Shown here: piece after piece, positions 24,001 to 35,015 of the stretch | Position numbering within the stretch: the stretch's first letter is position 1 | How the letters are laid out: the number at the start of each line of letters is the position of its first letter | Assembly: GCF_001194135.2 (NCBI RefSeq) | Contig: NC_068982.1 | Span: forward strand, 187,015,220-187,069,378 | DNA from: Octopus bimaculoides | Taxonomy: Eukaryota | Length of the DNA: 54,159 bases | Direction of reading: 5' to 3' | The notes under the pieces: generated by a model | The model's input: the letters and a program-made list of their open reading frames with translations, nothing else | What the model was told of the DNA's origin: nothing | The model's database searches: none | Program-made: the position numbers and the translations under genes

Positions 24001-25599
24001 GGATGACCAATGTCTTGTGAGTGAATTTCGTTGAATGAAACTGTGTGCAAACATGTATACATGCATGCATCAAATGGCTGATTTGTTCAACTAAGAACCT
24101 TAAGCACGTCAATGAGCTCACACCTTGGGTACCACCCACCCATTGTTTCAGCATACTTTCACCATCTCAGTATATTTTGCCTTCTTCCAACCCCTTCTAT
24201 AACTTCACCAACCTACCTACCTGCCTTCATCTAATGATATTGGGAGCCTTGTGCCCTTGTAGAAATTAAAAATCAATATTTTGTTTTTTGGTTCTGTGAG
24301 GTACAACCTGCTCTCTCCTAAATCCCCCCAGCTGTGACTTCGTTCAAACCATTTCTATTATGAAACTTCAATAACTTTTTCTCTCAAATACTTCATTAAT
24401 TATTCATACTGATCAACTGAAATAGATACTTAAATATGAATTTTTATTAGGAAATTGAATAAAGAATGCATTACTTTGAATATATAATTTTGAAGAAGCT
24501 AAAAAAAAAGAAAAGTTGATATTTGCTGAGCAGTGTTGTTAAGTCAGTCAGCCAGTGTTTTGTCCCTGTTAACTGGGGCTGGCTGGATCTACCTCAATGC
24601 CATAGCAACCGCCCTCACACCAGCCCATTCTCCATTGCTATCATGAGGCTGTTTTGGAGCTGGATTTTCTACGGGAAGCATGCCCTTGCTTACCCCCAAC
24701 CTCAGTTTCTAGACATGAGCTACCACGATTTTAAAGAAATCTGGTGGAAAACTAGCTCAGGAAGGCAAGGATGCTACTCCCTGAGACCCCTTTCAGAGCC
24801 CCCTCCCTATCTATTCTGCCATTTATCATCTCCGCCTTCCTGAGCTATTCTTATTTCTTTTACCCCCCCCCCCCCATTGACCCCATCTCAACCCTTATTC
24901 ATCATTTGCTACATTCACCTCTATCCCCATCTGTAACCATCTGTCACTCACACCCCTTCAACTTATCTACCCACCTTTCCTGATTCTTTGTTCATTTTCT
25001 CTCTTATACTCACCTTCTGGTATCTTGAGAGTTCACCCTAACACCTCATTAGCACCATCATGGTCCTCTTTTTGCTGGCTACTTATGAAGTAGCCATGTG
25101 TCTGTCTCTATATCAAGATACCTGTGCTTGTCCACTGGCACGAGTGCCAATCAGGCGGCACTGTCATCGGCCATGTCACCGATTTTGATTTTGATTTCAC
25201 TTGCCTCAACAGGTCTTCGCAAGTAAAGTTTATTGTCCAGTGAATGAGGGGTACTCATAAGTGGGCTGGTTACACCCACTGGCAGAGGTCACGGCTTACG
25301 GTCTCACTTGGCTTGTTGACTGTTTCTCATCACTGATGATGGTACCTTATATACCTCATTGATTACCTTTTACTTGTTTCAATCATTAGACTGTGGCCAT
25401 GCTGGGGCACCACCTTGAAGAACTTTAGTCAAAAGTCACATGAATTGAGACTAGTACTTATCTCTTTTTTAAGTTTGATATTTATTCTGTTGGCTTCTTT
25501 GCCAAACTGCTAAGTCATGAGGATGTAAACACACTAACACCAGTTGTCAAGCAGTGGGGTGGGGACAAACACATACAGACACAGACAAACACAGATATA

Positions 25600-25995
25600 C
25601 ATATATATCCATCAAGCCAAGTGAAATCCTAGTCTTGACCAATGCTGTTGTCATGTAACTGGTACCCATGCTGGTGGCATGTGAAAAGCACTTTTTGAGG
25701 GCTGGGCCTCATGGAGGCAATGACAAATGACCAAGACCTTTGGCATTATGTTGTGCTTGAGAAGAAGACCCATCAAATCAAGTGAAATCGTATTTGTGGC
25801 AGATACTGGTGTCATACAAATGGCACGTCAAAGCATCCATTACACTCTTGGAGTGGTTGGTGTTAGGAAGGGTATCCAGCCATAGAAAACCATGCCAAAT
25901 GAGACTGGAGTCTGGTACAGCCTTTCAGCTTGCCAGTCCTGATCAAAACCATGCCAGCATGGACAATGGACGTTAAATGATGATGATGATGATGA
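25600..25995 (+). mobile_element. 5'-truncated RTE LINE: C-terminal coding remnant plus family C 3' UTR and (GAT)n tail
   Basis: GLMEAMTNDQDLWHYVVLEK at about 25700-25770, then the family C tail; this links family C to an RTE element. Confidence 0.7.
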
Positions 25996-27826
25996 TGGGC
26001 TTCTTTCGGTTTCTGTCTGGCAAATGCGCTTGCAAGTCTTTGGTTGACCCGAGGTATTGTAGAAGACATTTGCCCAAGGTACCATACGGTGGAACGGAAC
26101 CCAGAACCATGTGGTTAGGAAGGAAACTTCTTACTACACAGCCACACCAGAGTTATAAGATGTGAAAGTATAGTTTACAGAGATTTCTACAAAAAAGCAG
26201 TTAAGACTAAAATTTAGAACTTTAAAAGAGGTTTTGCTGTTGAGATTAATTAAGTGTAATTGAGTGAATCAGCTAATTAGAAGTTTGGAGGCTATAGAAT
26301 ATCAACCATTCCAGATAAGGTGGTTCTTGTGTCTGTTTTGAGTTTGCTTTATGTCATCTACTGCCATATGCCATAATCTAGATCAAGATAAAGCATCTAA
26401 TTCACATAAGTTAGGAGTTGTGTGACTAAGGCCAGCCAGGCAGAAGCCTGCACCAGACTTCTGTGACTGTTTTGGCAGGATTTTTACAGCTGGATGCCTT
26501 TCCTAACCACTCAGCAGGGTGGACTTAGGGCTTTTTACGTGGCACAAGCACAGGCGAGGTCAGTTTTGGCAAAGTTTTTACAACTGGTTGCCTTTCCAAA
26601 CACCAACCACTTTACAGTGTGGACTATATATATATATATATATATATNNNNNNNNNNGATGTAGGTATGCTCCTAGCCACACCATGACTCTTCCCTCAGC
26701 CCCATCTCCCACTCCATTGCTACTGCCGCCAAATGCAACCTTATGCACCACACCTGCAAATCACTGCACCTGTGTGCCTGCCACAATCAAGGCAGTTGTT
26801 GTTGTTGGCACCGCTGCTAGCCATGTTGCTTGCATATGTGCCCTCTATACAGCTTCTTTTCCCTTTCAATGCCTCCAACTTTGTAACGTTTATGACAGGT
26901 ATGTGCATACATGGCCATTGTATGTATACTACGCTGCTTGTATCTGTTTTTTTTCTTCCTTTTCTCCCTTCAGTCGCCAGTCCCTAGTTGTCATGTTGTG
27001 TGGCATGATGGCGAGTGCCACTGTTTCACTCGTGCTCTCCACTGAGGCCCAGTCCATCCTTTGTCATGTGTACAGCCTCCGTGATCTGTCCAAGTGTTGT
27101 GTCACCTCCATGCACCAACAATACTCCGACTTCCATTCCACTGACTAAGCTTCCATGCTCTGCCTGGGCATGTTGGTAGAGCACTGAAGAGCTCCTCTCC
27201 TCTCCTCTCCTCCCTGAGCCCCTGCCAGTGCTCACCCATATGCTCTCCAATGCCGTATGCCACCTCTTCAATGCAAGTAGCCGTCATGTCCCTGCACCGT
27301 CCCTCAGCACATCGGAAGCCATACACCACATTCCCAACCTTACAGTTAACCTGTGGGCCCATCCCACATACAAGACAACTGCGCTCTGTGTATTGGGACC
27401 CATCGAAGGGACAAGTTCCATGGATCAGGGACCCTATAAGGGCACCACTCCCCTCTACAAGGCAAGGCCAATCTACAGATTGACCCTATCCAACGTTTTT
27501 CCCAAAAAAGGTATGCCAGCTTGCCACCAGGGGCAGCACTAATGCATATGGCACTCTGGCACTTCCTACGGTCACACCATGAGTTGGCCCCACCCATCCT
27601 TTTTCCAGCCCCTGCCTGTGCTGTTCCAGGATCCACTCCTGCATAGTGGGCAGATCCCCCTTTGCATCACTCTCTATGGCTGGATGCCCTTCCTGTCACC
27701 AACCCTCACCTGTTTCCAAGGAAGGTCATATTTCCTCATGGCCAGACATGTTTTATGTGGAAGATGGTGATGCTCATTCACAACAATCACATGATGTCGA
27801 GACAAGGATACACACACACACACACA

Positions 27827-27861
<35 letters not shown>

Positions 27862-28181
27862 ACACACACACACACATCTTTTCTTAACATTAATTATCCA
27901 GCAGTGGTGTGGAACAAACACATGGACAAAGATACACACACACACATATATATGGTGGGCTTCTTTCAGTTTCCGTCTACCAAATTAACTCACAAGGCTT
28001 TAGTTGACCTGAAGCTATAATAGAAGACACTTGCACAAGTCACCACACTGTGGCACTGAACCCAGAACCAAGTGGTTAGGAAGCAAACTTTTTACCTCAC
28101 AGCCACAACAGAGAAGCTTCTCCATGATGTTAACTTACATACTAACAGTAAACTCATATTTTTTTCATTTTTTGATTACAG

Positions 28182-28260
28182 AGATGTGTTTATGGAAAAA
28201 CACTGGAAGAGTGTAATCCACAAATCGATATGTGACTACTTCTTTGAGGTTCAAGGAAGG
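28182..28260 (+). CDS. AP3M1: AP-3 complex subunit mu, exon 2
   Basis: tacag|(G)DVFMEKHWKSVIHKSICDYFFEVQGR|gtaagg; 79 nt, phase 2 to 0. Confidence 0.96.
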
Positions 28261-28563
28261 GTAAGGATTAAGTTTTTATTTCACCAATGTTGTAGATTAA
28301 AAGATTATTTGTGAATTTGCTTTCTCTTTTGAGACAAGTCAACTTTGTCAGTCAGTTTCAGACAGCAATGATAATAAATCTGACTAAACACCATGTTTTT
28401 CTTTTACATCATAAATTCTAAAGCCATATAACTGCATGTTATATATGTGTGAGTGAAGACACATGGCTTAATAGTTAGCGTTTTTAACTCACAATCATAA
28501 GGTTGTGAGTTCGATTTCTGGTGGGGTGTTGTGTCCTTGTGCAAGACCTTTTATTTCATAATA

Positions 28564-28746
28564 CAGTTCTATATTCAAGAGATGAGGAATTATTTACACT
28601 ATTTACATTTGATGGATATTTGTCCTCATCTTGTTTGTTGTTAACACAACGTTTTGGCTGATATACCCTCCAGCCTTCATCAGGTGTCTTGGGGATATTT
28701 CGAACCTGGGTTCTCATTCCTAAGGTATTTTTAAGTGTTGTTGTTG

Positions 28747-28792
<46 letters not shown>

Positions 28793-28896
28793 CCATGGGC
28801 ATATGGTGTAGTGGTATATGCCCACGGGCATATGGCTTAGTGGTTAAGAGTGCAGGCTACTAACCCCAAGATTCCGAGTTCGATTCCAGGCAGTGA

Positions 28897-28931
<35 letters not shown>

Positions 28932-29070
28932 TCGAATAATACCTTAGGAATGAGAACTCAGCTTCAAAATTTCCCCAAGACACCTGGCAAAGGATGGAGA
29001 ATATATCAGCTGAAACGAGTTAACAAGAAACAAGATGAGGACAAATATCCATCAAATGTAAATAATGTAC
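28564..29070. mobile_element. Family D palindromic tRNA-head/hammerhead element, locus 1
   Basis: Minus arm 28564-28791 (hammerhead with G12A), centre atatgccc-ac-gggcatat at 28816-28833, plus arm to about 29070 (core decayed). Confidence 0.8.
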
Positions 29071-29706
29071 TTTTATATCATGTCGCTCCAATCCACTCAG
29101 CTGTCACAAATGAGTTAAACGATGATGATGATGAAGGGTAAGTGCCTCTTAATCTTGTACTTTCTCCTGGTATTCGTGGCAGGTTTGTACTCTGTTAAAG
29201 ACTCTTTCTTTTGGTACTCTGTTAGAGTCTCCCAGCTATGAAAATTCATAAATTCCAGATTTTCCCCACTATCAGTGGATTGACTTCAACTTTCATATAA
29301 TTAATTAAGGGTTATTTCAGTAACTTGCAAGGCAAGACAAAACCCCCTTGACTGGCGGCGGGGGTAGTATTGAGGGAGTTGGCTTTGTACCAGTTGACGA
29401 GAGGTTCAAAGAATAATAGAGGGATAGATGTAGGTGTCTTGCTGTAGAGGAGATACAAAGGTAGACCAGTTGGAATAAAAGAGAGAGAGAGAGAGAGAGA
29501 AGATGGTGGTGAAGAATACTCCGTGCTTCCTTTCCTCAATCACTTTTGATCATTGATTTTATTTAAATTTTAGTCACCTTTTTTATTGACTTCAGTTCAG
29601 AACAATTGACATTTCCTTTTCGTTTTCTGCTCAGCCCTTCATCAACATTATCGTTAACCCCATTGCTACATCAGTTCCCTTACAAAATTGCATTTCTGTC
29701 TTTCAG

Positions 29707-29812
29707 GCAGTTTCCTTGGATGATGTCCCACCTGTCATTGCTACACCCCATCATTATCTTATCAACATCTATCGCAATCAACTATATTTCGTTGCAGTTG
29801 TAACAACCGAAG
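29707..29812 (+). CDS. AP3M1: AP-3 complex subunit mu, exon 3
   Basis: ttcag|AVSLDDVPPVIATPHHYLINIYRNQLYFVAVVTTE G|gtaagc; 106 nt, phase 0 to 1. Confidence 0.96.
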
Positions 29813-29828
29813 GTAAGCAATCTTCCTC

Positions 29829-30226
29829 CTGCTCTATATTTAAGAGATGAGGAATTATGTACATTATTTACATTATTTACATTAGACGGATATTTGTCCT
29901 CATCTTGTTTGTTGTTAACACAACGTTTCGGCTGATATACCCTCCAGCCTTCATCAGGTGTCTTGGGGAAATTTCGAACTTGGGTTCTCATTCCTGAAGT
30001 ATTTTTCGATGTTATTATTATTGTTCAGGTCACTGCTTGGAATCAAACTTGGAATCTTTGGGTTAGTAGCCCACACTCTTAACCACTTTGCCATATGCTT
30101 GTGGGCATATACCTTAGGAATGAGAACCTAGGTTCAAAATTTCCCCAAAGCACCTGATGAAGGCTGGAGGGTATATCAGCCGAAACGTCAAATGTAAATA
30201 ATGTAAATAATGTAAATAATGTAAAT
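29829..30226. mobile_element. Family D palindromic element, locus 2
   Basis: Complete minus arm 29829-30100, centre atatgctt-gt-gggcatat at 30093-30110, internally deleted plus arm. Confidence 0.8.
29917..29962 (-). ncRNA. Candidate minimal type I hammerhead ribozyme (best-preserved family D copy)
   Basis: gacac CTGATGA A ggctg gagggtatat cagcc GAAAC GTT gtgtt; core nucleotides present, stems I and II pair; cleavage untested. Confidence 0.7.
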
Positions 30227-30302
30227 CTTACTCCTGTTTTATATTTTCTCTTCATTTCACTGCAGACTTTTTATTTATCTATTCAACTATTCTGATGCTT
30301 AA

Positions 30303-30522
30303 CCTGTCAGCATTTAAACCAGCCATACTTTGTCCAAATATTCTTCTTGTTCTATGTTCAAACTGGCAAGATTCAGCTTCTCACACCTACCCTACAATGT
30401 CATTCTAAAAATAAACAATCACATCATTGAAATCTTAAAGGTACAAACTAATGCATGATTAGTTCAAAACAATGTGAATATATAAGCCTAACATTTGACA
30501 GTGTAATCTGATTGCTTAATGG
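30303..30522. mobile_element. piggyBac-type MITE (diverged)
   Basis: TTAA at 30299-302 and 30523-26; ends cctgtcagcattt...attgcttaatgg. Confidence 0.6.
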
Positions 30523-30529
30523 TTAAATA

Positions 30530-30860
30530 TCTGAGAGGATTTCCCTAAATACAGTGGCTACAAAGGGTTCGAAATGATACAATTGAGACAACAACAAAAT
30601 CAATAGGATCGATGATGAAATAAGATGTAGACTCTGGAACTGGATTGGACATGTCCTGAGACAGGAACAAGAAAGTGATTGTATGGTGGTACTAAAGTGG
30701 CAGCCTGAGGGGAAAAGAGCAGCAAGGCACCCTAAAACCACATGGCGAAGGACCATTGACAAGGAAAGATGAGAAGTGTGAAGAAACTGGAATGAGACCA
30801 GAGCTGATGTGGAGAGATCGTATTATTGCCTTATGTGCCTCATGGCATGGAGGAAATAGT
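30530..30860 (+). mobile_element. 3' end of a second RTE-clade LINE
   Basis: Frame 30611-30772 reads DDEIRCRLWNWIGHVLRQ...LKWQPEGKR..RHPKTTWRRTI, then gccttatgtgcctcatggcatggagga; not in the ORF track. Confidence 0.8.
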
Positions 30861-31106
30861 TCTGTTGAAGGTTCTAGAAAATTAATCAAATGTTATAAAA
30901 AGCTGTGATTTTGAACTCTTAAACAGAACAACCTCAGGGGTTACACAGAACTCGCATTCGTATTATTGGTTATTTTCACCACCACCTGACATAATATTGT
31001 GTTTTCTACAATGATGAATTAATATTCCAAACCCACTAAAATTCCTTGACTATTTGCCATTTTAAAATCCTATGATTCTTTACCTTTCTTATTTGTTTCT
31101 TTGCAG

Positions 31107-31219
31107 TGTCTCCACTTTTTGTAATTGAATTTCTGCACAGAGTCTTTGATACATTTGAAGATTATTTTGCCGAGTGTACAGAATCAACAATCAAAGAACA
31201 TTATGTTATAGTATATGAG
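31107..31219 (+). CDS. AP3M1: AP-3 complex subunit mu, exon 4
   Basis: tgcag|(V)SPLFVIEFLHRVFDTFEDYFAECTESTIKEHYVIVYE|gtatgg; 113 nt, phase 1 to 0. Confidence 0.96.
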
Positions 31220-32096
31220 GTATGGTACACGTATATAGTCAATGTCATGCTATAGTATATGAGGTAACTATAAATCATAATATAGTGTATATCTGGCAGC
31301 TGACTTGGTAGACACCCACAAGATTATCCTTCATCTTTCAACAACAACCATGGGCATCTTTTTGAATTCCATAAATTTAACACTCTTGGACATGCTAACA
31401 AAATCAAAAAACAACATAGCTCCCATCAATTTTGGAAACATTTTTTCAGTCAGAATTACTGAAGCATGAAATAAACTCTCTGCATCGGTTGTTAGTGATC
31501 AGTACACCGTGTCTTTTAAAATTTCCATGTTTCTAGAAATTCATGTAGAAACTTTGCCAGATCAGATTGGAGCCTGGTGCAGCCTTCTGGCTCACCAGTC
31601 CTCAGTCAAACCGTCCAACCCATGCCAGCATGGAAAGCGGACATTAAACAATGATGATGAAGATTATTATTATTATTATTATTATTGAGTGAGAGAGCAG
31701 TGCATGCCATCAAAGTGAGTCTGAGGTGAAATATACATAGCGCAGTATACCCATCCTGACTACTCATCTGATAAGGGTACACTGGGCACATGCATCACAA
31801 CTATGTGCGCGACATGGGGATCTTATATCAAGATAAACAGCGCATGGCCTTGCAGGTGGGGCCTAGTTTTAATTTTCTTCAGGTTGAATAGCCCATCCCA
31901 CTCAAAAGATCCCTGAATAAGGTTTGTTTATGGATGTTGAACGAAACACCCATGTTTCCAAAGGTAGATTATCCAAACCCCAAAGAATTCCTCTCAACAC
32001 ATAACTATGATGTCCCCCCCCCCACTACTTCTGGTTGTGATCAGAGATGATCTTCTTCTTCTTCTTCTTTATTCGTTGTTGTTGTTATTATTATTA

Positions 32097-32131
<35 letters not shown>

Positions 32132-32215
32132 CATTATTATGGTTCAGTTTTATAATTTAATGCAGTTGAATAATAATAATAATAATAATTATTATTATTA
32201 TTATTATTGTTTTAG

Positions 32216-32340
32216 CTTCTTGATGAAATGCTGGACAATGGCTTTCCATTGGCAGTAGAATCCAATGTTCTCAAGGAGCTGATTAAACCCCCCAACTTCC
32301 TGAGGACGATCACCGACACTGTCACTGGTAAATCTACTGG
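32216..32340 (+). CDS. AP3M1: AP-3 complex subunit mu, exon 5
   Basis: tttag|LLDEMLDNGFPLAVESNVLKELIKPPNFLRTITDTVTGKST GG|gtatgt; 125 nt, phase 0 to 2. Confidence 0.96.
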
Positions 32341-33069
32341 GTATGTATTGGCATTCTTCTCAACAAAATCTAATGGCTCTTGCAGATACACACACATGCA
32401 CATACGTGGACACACACACACACACACACACACACATTATATATATGTATATGCATATGTCTGCCTTCCATGCTGGGTGGTTTGACAGGATCTGATCAGC
32501 GAGAGAACTACATTGTACTCCAGTGTCTGTTTTGGTAGAGTTTTCCATGTTGTTTGAGGTACCCCTTGATGCAGTCCTCTGATCTGTCACGTCTTGACGG
32601 ACTATCTGACCCATGCCAGCACAGAATATGGACATTAAATGATGATGATGATGGTTGATTATTTCTAATGACATAAGAGTCTGACCGGTCACTATCAATT
32701 TGCTCCTGTCACAATTGAGATTTCAGGTTCTCGACTGTGACAAGAGTTCTTGGACCCTGTGCTACTGATTTCCTCTGCAAAATTGGGATAACTGCGGCCC
32801 ATCTGAGAAATGTGCCCCGCAAATGGGGTGCCTGTTTCAACAAGTGTTACTGGCTATTCTCTGCAGTAATGCCTTTGCCATCATGTCCACAAAGCATGGC
32901 TAAACACGCCATTTGTTTTGGGATGTACAACCTGTTACTACTTCCCTCCCCCCATCTTTTGCTGCTTAATTCCCCACTCCTACCAATTTTTCTTTTTCTT
33001 CATTTCCTTGGTGAGGTACTTATGATTTTTTTTTTTTTTTCTTGACAATTTGATCTTTTATATTTTTAA

Positions 33070-33288
33070 CCCTTTTGATACCAACCTGGCTGAAACCAGC
33101 TCTGGCTCTGTAATATAAATGTCTTTTCATAAGTTTTAAATTAAAATCTTCCTCCAAACCTTAGTCACAATTTATGTTCCTAACACTAGCTGAATGATAA
33201 CTAAGTTATTTTACTAAATTCTTTATTATATTTAAAATGAATTGGAAGAAACACAAAGTATCTCAACAGAAATACAGTGAAGAAAGGG
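33070..33288. mobile_element. piggyBac-type MITE (same family as 38812-39031, opposite orientation)
   Basis: TTAA at 33066-69 and 33289-92; CCCTTT...AAAGGG ends. Confidence 0.78.
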
Positions 33289-33464
33289 TTAAATGTTTTT
33301 CTTTTCTTTTCTTTCTGTGAAATTATGTTGTTAATAAAAATAAAGTTTACATGGTTCCGGATTCAGTCCCACTGCGTGGTACCCTGGGCAAGTGTCTTCT
33401 ACAATAACTGGACCAACCAAAGCCTTGTGAGTGGATTTGGTAGAAGGAAACTGAAAGAAGCATG

Positions 33465-33504
<40 letters not shown>

Positions 33505-33506
<2 letters not shown>

Positions 33507-33709
33507 GCATTTCTACCAATGTATCTACTGCATTTCCTGCTCTCTCTGCCCTTCTCTATACATCGGGCAAACAGGACGCCGCTTGGCTGACCGGTTTGCA
33601 GAACACCTCTGAGACATCCAACTTGGCAATAACACCCTGGTCTCGTGCCATTTTCGCTTTACCAGTCACTCTTTGCAACTCCTGTCTGTGTTCAGATTGT
33701 CCTTGCACT
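33505..33709 (+). mobile_element. Penelope-like element GIY-YIG endonuclease fragment (pseudogenised)
   Basis: CISTNV/IYCISCSLCPSLYIGQTGRRLADRFAEHL*DIQLGNNTLVSCHF: CxxC-YIGQT-R...RF.EH signature with one frameshift and one stop. Confidence 0.8.
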
Positions 33710-34168
33710 GGGCTCCAGTCTTATCTGGCAGAGTTCCTACAGCTGGATGCCCTTCCTAACGCCAACACTCCAAAAGTGTAGTGGGTGCTTTTACGTGCCA
33801 CCGGCACGAAGTTCAGTCAGGTGGTACTGGCTACGGCCACGCTCGAAATGGTGTATTTTACGTGCCACCTGCACAGGAGCCAGTCCAGCAGCACTGGCAA
33901 TGATCTCGCTCATATATTAGTTTGTGTCTGTTTGTTCCCTCACCATTGCTTGATAACTGATGTTGATGTGTTTATGTCCCTGTAACCTAGTGGGTCAACA
34001 AAAGAGACCAATAGAATAAGTACCAGGTTTACAAAGAATAAGTCCAGGGGTCGATTTCCTTGAATAAAAGGCATTGCTCCAGCATGGCCACAGTCAAAAT
34101 GACTGAACCAAGTAAAAGAATATAAAAATAAAAGAAATTCTAATTTGCTTCTTGTTTACATTTACCAG

Positions 34169-34328
34169 AGTCAGTGGAATACTGCCAACAGGACAGCTTT
34201 CTAACATTCCCTGGAGAAGGACAGGTGTCAAATATACCAATAACGAGGCGTATTTTGATGTCATTGAGGAAATTGATGCCATCCTTGACAAATCGGGTGC
34301 AACAGTCTTTGCAGAAATCCAAGGATAT
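34169..34328 (+). CDS. AP3M1: AP-3 complex subunit mu, exon 6
   Basis: accag|(G)VSGILPTGQLSNIPWRRTGVKYTNNEAYFDVIEEIDAILDKSGATVFAEIQGY|gtgagt; 160 nt, phase 2 to 0. Confidence 0.97.
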
Positions 34329-34359
34329 GTGAGTAAAAAATAATTCGTCATCATCATCA

Positions 34360-35015
34360 TCATCATTATCGTCATTGTCGTTTAATGTCTGTTTTCCATA
34401 CTGGCATGGGTTGGACAGTTTGATTGGGGACTGGCAAGCCAGGAGGTCTCACCAGGCTCCAATCTGATCTGGCAATGTTTCTACAGCTCGATGTCCTTCC
34501 TAACGCCAACCATTCCAAAGTGCTTTTCACATGCCACTGGCACAGGAGCCAGTCAAGTGGCACTGGCATTGGCCATTTTTGGATGGTCGTTTTTATGTGC
34601 TACCGGCACAGGAGCCAGTTGGGGCAGTGGGGCTGGTATCGACCACATACAGATGGTGTTTTTTATGTGCCACTGGCACAACAAGCAAGTCAGGCAGCTT
34701 TGGCAGCAACCCACACACGAATGAATGGTGCTTATCGCGTGCTGCCAGCACTGGTAATGGCCACAACTACAATTTCCATTTGATTGTGATTTGATTTGAT
34801 TTTGATTTACTTGACTCAATAGGTCTCCTCAAGCACAGCGTGTCACCCAACGTTTCAAAGGTACATTTTAAATGGGCTGGTTATGCAACACTGGTGTAGG
34901 CTAAGGCTGTGATCTCACTTTCCTTGCCGGGTCTTCTCAATCACAGCATATCTCCAAAGGTCTCAATCTTTCGTCATTGTCTCTGTGAGGCCCAACATTT
35001 GAAGGTCATGCTTCA
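34360..35015 (-). mobile_element. 5'-truncated RTE LINE (family C) with C-terminal coding remnant
   Basis: Minus strand VKHDLQMLGLTETMTKD*DLWRYAVIEKT at about 34925-35015, then the 3' UTR and (GAT)n tail near 34350. Confidence 0.72.

Noticed and set aside
28826-28900. Possible tRNA genes at SINE heads (families A, B, D, E)
   Set aside because: A and B boxes are present but acceptor stems do not close, and each head continues into a repeat body
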